In this document: positions 14,379 through 23,165 of the stretch, piece after piece
Position numbering within the stretch: the stretch's first letter is position 1
How the letters are laid out: each line of letters starts with the position of its first letter
DNA from: Spizellomyces punctatus DAOM BR117
Taxonomy: Eukaryota
NCBI GenBank assembly: GCA_000182565.2
Contig: KQ257457.1
DNA: 64,000 nt
Reading direction: 5' to 3' (one strand)
The notes under the pieces: generated by a model
Database searches by the model: none
Told to the model about the DNA's origin: nothing
Seen by the model: the letters and a program-made list of their open reading frames with translations, nothing else
Position numbers and translations under genes: made by a program

Positions 14379-14460
14379 TGCACCCTGTGAGATTCGAACT
14401 CACGCCTCTTTCGAGACTGGAACTTGAGACCAGCTCCTTAGACCGCTCGGACAAAGGTGC
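14379..14460 (-). tRNA. tRNA-Leu(CAA), intronless
   Basis: Reverse complement GCACCTTTGTCCGAGCGGTCTAAGGAGCTGGTCTCAAGTTCCAGTCTCGAAAGAGGCGTGAGTTCGAATCTCACAGGGTGCA folds as a cloverleaf with CAA anticodon, long variable arm and GTTCGAATC T-loop. A T5 Pol III terminator lies at ~14353-14357. One T-T mismatch at the base of the anticodon stem. Confidence 0.92.
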
Positions 14461-14544
14461 TATACAAATTCAGGAGGCAAGTTTCATTATGTCGCGAACA
14501 AGCTGAGATAGATGAGTGTGTTGGGCAACCAACTTCACGCACAG

Positions 14545-15345
14545 AACTGACCTCCTGCGATCTACCGGTTTTCAGTCGAGTACCAGTAGTGTGGAAGTTT
14601 CGTGCGTTCTTGTCGGAACGCAATAGTGCGCACAGTAAATGCCATCGGAACCATCTGTTTGCACGAATCCAAGAGAGCTGAGAACCCCCGAACGTTCATC
14701 AAAGTGAAATTCCCTGCTCGCAGAGTGGGAGAAGGCCTAAAATATATCCGCGTACTATCGATCGTAGAGGTATAGTACGCTGCTAATACCTGCCACACAG
14801 TAGATGCCATGGGAACCATCTTTTATACACGAATTCAAGAAAGTTGAGCCGCCCCCAGAACTTGGATCACAGTGAAATTCCTTGCTCACATAGTTGGAGA
14901 AACCTGGAATTCCAAATTGTATGTGTGTATCATTGGAATGTGCGTCAGAGTCCAGCACAGCTGGATAGCACGGGCGAAACTGGACTGCTCAAGGGAGCTT
15001 TCCCGACACAGGCTAGTTTCCTGGTTTTCGCACTTCATGGGGGTGCCAGGAGGGGATGGCTCTGGACAATGGTCTGGAGCTGCCTATGTAGAGCGTAGTA
15101 CTTGTGAAAAGCTAGCTGTGTACTGCAAACGCATACTCTTAGTTCCAACACGTTACCCGAGTTGATACAAAAGATACAGCTGAAAATATAAGACTGGAGA
15201 ACAGAGAAAACAAGTGAAGAACGAGCAACAAGGAATCATTAAGCCTCTTCCCACCATGTCGGGGCCGACAGCTTTGACCCGTTTCTTTCAGACTTGGGAT
15301 TGCAAATATTTGCCAGAAACATATAGAGAAAATATTTTCCAATGT
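14545..15345 (+). pseudogene. Two tandem decayed copies of exon 1 of the 16875 nuclease gene; the second is followed by the RNA-bearing intron remnant
   Basis: TSCDLPVFSRVPVVWKFRAFLSE resembles DCRDLSCFGQPPAKWKFHDFLAA. 14630-14740 and 14795-14910 are direct repeats matching the 3' part of exon 1. gtatgt donor at ~14919. Confidence 0.7.
14974..15094 (+). ncRNA. Structured RNA motif, copy 1 (diverged)
   Basis: Same helix layout as the other copies: GCTC-aagg-GAGC, ACACAGGC/GCCTATGT, TTCCTGG/CCAGGAG, GGCTCTGGAC-aatg-GTCTGGAGCT. Confidence 0.7.
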
Positions 15346-15421
15346 ATAAAAACGACATCTAGTTCATTCGATTTTGTGTAGCTGACATTCAAATGTAGTC
15401 TATTCAATTACACATACGCAC

Positions 15422-15950
15422 TTTCGCCCTCCTATCATTGAGCACAGCCAATTGCCCCGTATATTCCTGCGTTATGCCAGAACAAGCCGTTATCCAACCT
15501 ATCCAACCACCGGTGGACCGCGGACCAGGAAGGAGAAAGGAAGACGAAATAGTAAAATACAACTGGGGCCTGTATCGAATGAAAATCCAGCTGGTTCGGC
15601 GAGCAAATGTGGTGTGGTAGGTACCCGATGGCAGCACGGTGGCTAATGGTGATTTCTGAGGCAGGAAACTCGTTGGAAACGACGAGGCGCCCGCAGTATT
15701 TGAGCCCCAGGTTCTTTCGTTGATGACCGACCCATGTTTGTGTGGTGATATTCGTCGACTACCTCCATTCATTGCCCAAAGGGATGTTAGAGAAGCGATT
15801 CTCGGGCGGATGAACAAAGGAGGGCGGACCAGCCGGACTTTAGCGGAGAGAATACGTTACTACGAAAAACCGGATGGCGTAACGGCTTGTTCTGGCTTAA
15901 CGCAGGAATATACGGGGCAATTGGCTGTGCTCAATGATAGGAGGGCGAAA
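15422..15950. mobile_element. MITE-like non-autonomous element (~530 bp) with 71-bp terminal inverted repeats
   Basis: 15422-15492 is the reverse complement of 15880-15950 with one mismatch. No convincing internal ORF. No clear target-site duplication seen. Confidence 0.75.
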
Positions 15951-16874
15951 ATGCCAGAATGGGACGATGGGGAAGGAGGTGGTGGAAAGAGTTTATAAGC
16001 TTGGGGGGATAAAAAAGATAAAAGGTAACCCCAATTGTATTGCTGTGCTCACGTCACTTTAGTCAAAAACCTCTTGACATGTCTGCACACTATCTGCACA
16101 CGTCAACAGTAATAGCTGTCGGGTACTCCCCATTATAGTGAACGGGACTTATTGGACCAAGTTATGACATGAACTTGCGGAGGTTAAATCATTGATAACT
16201 AATAGTAATCATTATTATCTACTACTGAATACACCATTTATTTCGGACTAATATATTATATTAAAGTATTTATTAAGGATTTATATCAAATACTTGTTTA
16301 ATGTTAATCTATTCTTTAAAAAGTACTTGTTTATTATTAACAAATATTTACGAAATGCGCTCCACAGCTCCACCATTTGCTCCACAGCTCCTCATGCCCG
16401 CTTGCTCGTACATGATCCCCCCAAATCTCAATTGGACACGGCCGACACTTGGACCGATTTACTTTAGACTATTTTCACAAATATTGCTGGATATGTGACA
16501 GACTACATATACATAAATTAATATCCGATGCATAGAAAATACTCCGCCTGTTTTCTAGTTTATGATATGTTGTAAAGTAGAGGAAAACAGGGTCAATGAT
16601 GAACTTAGACATTGCAGGTCGTGTTCGATGTTAAATCATTTATCGATGCGTTTAATCATGTGGGATCACGACGGTACGGGGAGTACCCTACTTGTAGTAT
16701 CGACATTTTGCTCGTTCAAGTTTAGCAGGAAAATTGCAGTGCGTGCGATAACCAGGTTTGATGGGATGGCCAAATGGAATAGTTGAATGATTGCAACCGC
16801 AATAGACCACTTCAAACCTGCTGTGATGTTTTAAATAGGGTCGATACGACTGGTAGAGCGCGCGTGTTGAGACG

Positions 16875-18717
16875 ATGGATTGTCGCGATCTTTCTTGTTT
16901 TGGTCAACCACCAGCAAAGTGGAAATTTCACGATTTTTTAGCGGCAGTGAAAGACGAGTATGGCCCGGAGACATATTTCAGTAATGACATAGACGTATGG
17001 AGGAATCGTTACCTAGACACAATCAACGATTTGGGCACAAGTTATATGAACGAGTTCGCGCGAGCGGACACACCCGAATGCAAAACTAGGTGGAAATGTT
17101 TATTACAAGAGTCAAGGAGAGCTGGGAGTGTAAAGGTATGTGCGTAATATCAATCACAGAGGTGCATGATGCTGTAAGAGTCCGGCTACGCTGAATAGCA
17201 CTGGTGAAAACGGACTGCTCAGTGGAGCTTCCCCGGCAAAGGCTAGTCTCCTGGTTTATTCGCAGTAGCGGGCTCTAGGAGGGGATGGCGTTGGGCAATG
17301 GTCTGGAGCTGCCTTTGTAGAGTGTAGTACCCTGTGTGTGAAATGCAAAGGGAACGCTGATATACCTTTCTTGTAGAGAGATGATCTTGATTTGGCAGCG
17401 CGCATTTTTAAAACGGAAAAGGATGCGTATGAGCAATCCAAGCTAGTACAACCGGTCATACGATCCATGTATGAGTCTGTGAAGACTCAAAGTGAAGATT
17501 ACACAAAGACGTTGACGAGGCTCCGGAAGCGGAAAGCCACTGAGTGTCTAGATGCGGAACCCTCACCTTCCCTTGACACTGTTCCACCTCCAATAGTAGA
17601 CACTCTTGATTTGGATACCGCTGCCAGGCTAGAGGATATTAAGGAACTTGAAGCGACATTGGTAACGCTCGGTAAAGAATCCAAAGAACATGCAATCGTA
17701 CAACGCATCAAACACCTCCACACCATGCCTGGTAAACATAAACCTGCATATTTCAGTACATTGTACTGGGGAGTGTTAGATACGAGCGATGCGGAGAGCG
17801 TTTCACTCCTTTCGGATACGTCCCGCCAACGTATCGAAGACATGTGCAATAATGTCATTAAATCTACTGAAGGCACCCTCTCCGGTTCAGCAACAAGTCT
17901 TCTCGAAGCCCTGCCGGTGCAGGAAATGTCGATCCGCTCGCTATCGCAAATCTGTGAGGAATTTGGTCTGAGTGGTTTATTTGCGTCGCTTGGGGTGCAA
18001 GATGGAAAGGTGGATGATAACGACGCAAAGTACATTAGCAGAGCCATACAAGAGGCAGCGCATTTCTTGGAAAAATACGCACCCGTATCCGGCCTCAACG
18101 AACGTAGCCTTGACGCACATACGATGATCAAGCTCGCGGATGTTCCAGGCGCCTGGTTGCTCTTGTATGGTGAGGTGATGAGCAGGGCTGACCAATACGA
18201 AAAACATGGTAGAGGGCATTGTAGGGACAAAAAGGGGAAATTCGTGGATTACCTCTACCGAATAAGTGGTGTGGAGATCGGCTGTGGGGAGAACTCTGGG
18301 CCGTTGGAGGAGCACCAGGAGCACGCGTTGGAGAACATCGTCGATCTTGCAAAAACCGCACGAGCTCAGCTAATGAAACTAAACGAAATGGCTAACAACG
18401 AAGACATGATCGTGCCGTTTTTTCACGTTGTGAACAGAACAGTACACTTTTATCTCTCCTTCGAGTGGTCTCCGGGTTTATTTGCAATGCATCAGTGGAT
18501 GGAAGCGGGCCTTCCGATAGGGGACATAGACGTCACCGCTGTTGTGGATCTTGCTTATGCGTTCCTTACCTTTCGCAACATAATGATTCGTACCGCCAAG
18601 ATGTTAAATGGCCGTCCACGGAGCCTTCTTGGGCAAGTAAACTTGAACCGTACCCGTTCCCTCAACTTGATTCGCGGAGTCGTCACTCCAAAAAAGCGTG
18701 CCAGCAACAATGGTTGA
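16875..18717 (+). CDS. Two-exon 533-aa protein with probable PD-(D/E)xK restriction-endonuclease-fold C-terminal domain (fungal Crinkler/CR-REase-like). Exons 16875-17135 and 17377-18717.
   Basis: Phase-0 intron AAG|GTATGT...GCTGAT...TTGTAG|AGA joins two ORFs in frame. Motifs LNERSL, YGEVMSRA, GKFVDYLY, EIGCGENSG, DLAK, then beta-rich FFHVVNRTVHFY..GLFAMHQWMEAGLP. NLS-like RLRKRK. Confidence 0.75.
17204..17323 (+). ncRNA. Structured RNA motif, copy 2, inside the intron (17136-17376) of the intact nuclease gene
   Basis: GTGAAAACGGACT-GCTC-agtg-GAGC..GCAAAGGC..CTCCTGG..CTAGGAG..GGCGTTGGGC-aatg-GTCTGGAGCT-GCCTTTGT-AGAG. Preceded by a second conserved hairpin at ~17170-17200. Confidence 0.78.
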
Positions 18718-18736
18718 TAATGTCAAATAGTTTGTC

Positions 18737-18945
18737 TTGCAAAGATTTTGTGGGTACGGGGATTCATGTAAATTTATGCCCGATCGAGGAGATTACAAGA
18801 GTGGGTGGCAGTTGGACAAGGAGTGGGAGGAGAAGCAGAAGCAGGAGAATGATCCAAATCGGTTGTTGATTACGAGTGATGATGAGAAAGACGAGGATGA
18901 AGACAAGGATGAAGACTTGCCGCTTGCATGCGTGATATGTTGTTA
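18737..18945 (+). pseudogene. Fragment of a Cwc24/RNF113A-like gene (end of CCCH finger to start of RING)
   Basis: [29 protein letters not shown]...[11 protein letters not shown] is the Cwc24 signature. It is truncated at both ends and the CCCH His is replaced by Pro. Confidence 0.8.
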
Positions 18946-19159
18946 GGTATAATTGTTCTTTGCGCAATGCGCATCATGGGAAATGTCGAGCACGTAAAGG
19001 TCGGAGGAACCATGTTCATGGGCGGTGGATGGAAGTAGTTATACGATCTTCTGCAGTGTCCAATACTAGCAGCATAGGATGACTGGATTGGTAGGGGCAT
19101 ACCATAGGAAATATAAAAGGGCTTACCAGGAGGGTGTCGCGATTCTGTGATAGTCATAT

Positions 19160-19660
19160 TCATGCTGACAGGTTTGGCTCGGCAATGCCTTTATTTTTCT
19201 AGCATCGATGATCTCCGACAAGAAATCTTTTCCTTGACATCTACCCCACCTCATGCGCAGATTTTGTTGACTCCAGCTGGAGTTCAGCTAAAGCCTGAGA
19301 TGGTCTCTGAGATTTTCATGATATGTTGTTACTAGTTTGTGTACTGCACTGCAGATTGTGAATGACATTAAGAACTTGATAGATGCAGCTCCATGCATTC
19401 AAGACTTTGAAACACCACTACCGTTCCGAATATTAGCAATGACTTTGTATTCCAGACATTAATGCCCATTGTCTTGTCACAGCATCGGTCAGCACGAGCT
19501 AAAATACTCTTGTCCACTTCCCGTGCTGCCCAGATGGGTCACAAAAATGCCATGAGAACTTGATTACACTACGCAACCTGTCAATCAAATATAAATGGAT
19601 TAATGACGCTTCAAGCGTCTTTTGCCATCATTCAGAGGTATAGACAACAGCAAGGTGTGT
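19160..19660 (+). pseudogene. Possible disrupted gene fragment, ubiquitin-like segment reminiscent of the Atg11 N-terminus
   Basis: SIDDLRQEIFSLTSTPPHAQILLTPAGVQLKPE pattern, followed by stop/frameshift-disrupted coding-like sequence. Confidence 0.3.
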
Positions 19661-19991
19661 AAAAGTCACCGAAACAGCGAATATGCCATAATCAACTTCT
19701 CGTTGTCATAGATCAACACCCACAAAGAGTCGGTTTCATGACTCTCATAAAGGGATCATAAGGACACTCCTTGGTAAAGAAGCTGGACCATGAATATGTC
19801 ATCAACGACGGGGTGATGTGACAGGTTGGTGCGGCCATCGGGGCTTCTTGGATGGGATGTCGTTGTCGATACAGCGGATGCCCCACCTCCAACCGTCACG
19901 TTCATTCCAAGACCTATCTCAATATTTACATTTGGGACTTTTGCATCGATGTATTCCTCCACAAGGACAGTTTTCCGCACAAGAAGGGTGC

Positions 19992-20036
19992 GGAGGGCAT
20001 GGCTCTGGACAGTGGTCTGCAGCTGCCTTTGTAGAG
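19992..20036 (+). ncRNA. Structured RNA motif, copy 3 (3' half only)
   Basis: ggagggcatGGCTCTGGAC-agtg-GTCTGCAGCT-GCCTTTGT-AGAG, followed by the same downstream flank as copies 1 and 6. Confidence 0.65.
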
Positions 20037-20773
20037 GGTAGTGCCCTCTGCTGTGAAGCGCAAGCTGTATACTGCAAACACATACTTTCATTTCTAACAC
20101 GTTACCAGAAATGATACGAAGATACAGCTGAAAATATACAAGACTGGAGAAGAGAGAAAATAAGCGACAGGAGAACGAGAAACGCCGAATATCCAACCAC
20201 CATGTCGGCGCCGACAGCTTTTGACCAGTTTGTTCCAGACTTGAATAGCAATATTGGCCGGGTACACATATGGAACACATTATCCGATGCATGGAGAATA
20301 CTACAGACCTCTTAGTGTATTCTTAAAGCATGTAAAACTAGTCATAATATGAGCAGAGGAAAACCAGGTCGGTGATCCGCCCGGGTGATGTCCGAAAGTT
20401 CAGGACGCATTTGGTGTCATGTGGGATCATGCTCGTACCTTTTTTCGACGCGCGTGTGTGGGCGCCGGGACGCGATGAGACAACAAGATGCCCGCTAGAT
20501 GGAAGTTACAAGACGTCCTGGCTGAAGCCAAGAAGGACTTTGGTATTTCGGTTTTCTTTGGTTGTGAATCTAAGATGATACTAATACATCTACCATTATC
20601 AATATGCAAGCTTCGTAAACTGTAAGATCCAGTGCCTCGATTGCCTTGAACGACTTGGAGACTTTAAAATCCAATCCAAGCGGAGATTCCCGGAAACGTA
20701 AAGGTATGTGTATAATATCAATCTTATAGAGGTGGAGTGTGCTGTAAGAGTCCAGCATCGCTGGATAGCCCGA

Positions 20774-21186
20774 GTGAAAACGGACTGCTCATAGGAGCTT
20801 TCCCGGCAAAGGCTAGTCTCCTGGTATTCGCTTGCGGGTGCCAGGAGGGGATGGCGTTGGGCAATGGTCCGGCGCCGCCTTTGTAGAGCTCGTGCTCTCG
20901 TCTGCATCGCACTGCACCGGGTGGGTATTAGTGAAAACGGACTGCTCATAGGAGCTTTCCCGGCAAAGGCTAGTCTCCTGGTATTCGCTTGCGGGTGCCA
21001 GGAGGGGATGGCGTTGGGCAATGGTCCGGCGCCGCCTTTGTAGAGCTATACCTGACCCTCATGGGTACTCGTGAAAACGGACTGCTCATAGGAGCTTTCC
21101 CGGCAAAGGCTAGTCTCCTGGTATTCGCTTGCGGGTGCCAGGAGGGGATGGCGTTGGGCAATGGTCCGGCGCCGCCTTTGTAGAGC
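20774..21186 (+). repeat. Tandem array of three identical 116-nt structured-RNA units (20774-20889, 20931-21046, 21071-21186) with 41- and 24-nt unique linkers
   Basis: The units read identical by eye. They follow an exon-1-like remnant and an aag|gtatgt donor at ~20704. Confidence 0.92.
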
Positions 21187-21457
21187 GAGTACCCTGTGTG
21201 AAGTGCAAGCTGTATACTGCAAATGCATACTCTCATATCCAACACGTTCCAGGAATGATACGAAGATACAGCTGAAAATATACAAGATTGGAGAGCAGAG
21301 AACAACCGAAAAAGGAACAAGAAACAGGGAATAGTCTCAAATCAAAGTGGAATTTCCTACGTACACAGTTGGAGAAGGCTTGAATTCTTAAGGTACGTGC
21401 GCATGAAAGTTGGGGTGCAGTGTGGTCTGAGCATCACACTGCATGGGAGGGTATCAA

Positions 21458-21715
21458 GCGAAAACGGACTGCTCAGTGGAGCTTTCCCGGCAAAGGCTAG
21501 ACTCCTGGTTCTCGCACTAGCGGGCTCCAGGAGGGGATGGTTCTGGACAGTGGTCTGGCTCTGCCTTCGTAGAGCTTTGTACTTGAGCTGGGTACTTATG
21601 AAAACGGACTGCTCAGTGGAGCTTTTCCGGCAAAGGCTAGACTCCTGGTTTTCGCACTAGCGGGCTCCAGGAGGGGATGGTTCTGGACAGTGGTCTGGCT
21701 CTGCCTTTGTAGAGT
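21458..21715 (+). repeat. Tandem pair of structured-RNA units (21458-21575, 21598-21715)
   Basis: Near-identical variant units with agtg loops, each closed by its own flanking stem. Confidence 0.9.
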
Positions 21716-21844
21716 GTAGTACCCTGTGTTGTAACTCGCAAAGGGGATGCCATTAAACAAGTTGAGCACATTACTAATATACCTCTCTGCCTGTTAGCGG
21801 ACGATCTTTGCACAAAGCATCCTAAGGTTATGTATATGCATTCT

Positions 21845-22070
21845 CAATTTCCACAAGTCGCTCGAAAAGGTACAGCTGCTGAAAATATCAAAAATCCCAC
21901 ATACCACTACTCTGACATTATATTCGTGTAAAGGAAACGGAGAAGACAAAAAAGGAGGACAGTAACAGAAAAACAAATCGACGCAACGCACACGCACCAA
22001 AGTGGAAATCAAAGAGAGGACAAGTGAAGACAGAAGGAGAAACGTGGAGTAACCAATCCACCTCCCACCG
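21845..22070 (+). repeat. Diverged duplicate of the Rho1 3' flank (~22662-22915)
   Basis: Shared blocks gctgaaaatat, gacattatattcgtgtaaaggaaacgga and cgacgcaacgcacac. Confidence 0.85.
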
Positions 22071-23165
22071 TGTACTCTGGTTGAGAAGGGCGACCTTTGG
22101 TTGGCGCAAACCATCTTTAATACGCAGAAGGACGTCTATGAACAATCGAAGCTCGTGCAGCCCATTTTCAAGTTTATTTTTGAGTCTGTGAAGATGCAGA
22201 GTGAAGAATACTTGAAGACTTTAACAAAGAATCGGAAGCGCAAAGCGTCAGAATGTCTGGACGATCAACCCTCACCTCCCCGAAAACATTGTCGATCAGA
22301 GTAATGAGTCCTACCTCCAAGATGTTGAATAGCCGTACACGGAACCTTTCTTGGGAAAGTAAATTTGCACCGTTCCCTCAACTTTATACTCCAAAGAAAG
22401 CGTCCCAGCAAGAGTGGTTTGACAATATCAAATAGTTTGTTCTTGATCCAAAATGTCGCCACTTGTTATTAGTTTGTGTATTGCAATGTAGATGTGTTTT
22501 CAAATACAAAATTTATCTAGTACCGGCATTTTCTGGTAAATTCAACTAGCTACCTGTTAATGGTTCATTGATTCGTAACTATCAACCTCACGTCGAAGTC
22601 TTAAAGATTTCAATTACCGGGAAAGAATCCAGTCTGATCCTGCCCAAATCATGGTCGAATGGCAAATGTCCACACGTTAAAAATCGATACAGCAGCTGAA
22701 AATATAAAGGCCCCACAACATCATCATGCCACTACTTTGACATTATATTCGTGTAAAGGAAACGGAAAGGAAAGAAAAAAAGGAGGGCAATAACAAAAGA
22801 AACAAAACCGACGCAACGCACACACTGGAAAAACAGAGAGAGAGAAACAAGCGAAAAAAAAAAAAAAAAGAAACGAGAAACGGGGAATAACCAAATCCAC
22901 CCCCACCATCCAAAAGAAACCATCTACGAAATTCCAAACGCCCCACCAACACAAAAGTCAAGAAAGGAACGCGCAACGGACGCTGCTCGAGCGATTGGGG
23001 GCAGGCGCCGAAAAGAAGAACCATAACAACAACAACAACAACACAAGATTTGAATACTCTACAGGGAGGGTTTCGGAAATCCATAATACAATATAGGGGA
23101 GCCTGTGGGCTGTTACATTTTCTTTTCTCCATTCGCTTTTTTTTCCATTCTGTTCATCTTGTTGT

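Larger units (their letters stand above)
21330..22500 (+). pseudogene. Internally deleted paralog of the nuclease gene (exon-1 tail, intron with two RNA units, exon-2 start fused to exon-2 end; catalytic domain absent)
   Basis: AQTIFNTQKDVYEQSKLVQPIFKFIFESVKMQSEEYLKTLTKNRKRKASECLDDQPSP (22104-22280) matches the exon-2 start. 22318-22445 matches 18597-18737. 22463-22497 matches 19325-19360. Confidence 0.85.

Noticed and set aside
16190..16335. AT-rich patch as RIP signature or origin
   Set aside because: It is short, and the neighbouring repeats keep CpA/CpG and high identity, so there is no support for RIP or any assignable function.
17204..17323. Hammerhead/HDV ribozyme, TPP riboswitch, C/D snoRNA, SECIS or tRNA identity for the RNA motif
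   Set aside because: No CUGANGA core, no HDV nested pseudoknot evident, no CUGAGA/ACCUG TPP motifs, no RUGAUGA/CUGA boxes, no T-loop, and it lies in an intron rather than a 3' UTR. An Rfam search is still needed.
17499..18230. 243-aa antisense ORF (also 45766-46431, 49182-49850, 29493-29990)
   Set aside because: These are shadows of real genes on the opposite strand with no domain features.
16875..18717. Fanzor/TnpB or DDE transposase
   Set aside because: No RuvC motifs or Zn ribbon and no DDE pattern recognised; the motifs fit a restriction-endonuclease fold better.
20599..21660. ORFs with repeated peptides (MPNAIPSWHPQANTRRLAF..., ENGLLIGAFPAK...)
   Set aside because: They are incidental translations of the RNA repeat. 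Copies differ by indels and keep base pairing, not reading frame.
20774..21715. CRISPR array
   Set aside because: Repeats are 116-118 nt, linkers are unequal and largely pair with each other as closing stems, there are no cas genes, and the context is a eukaryotic intron.
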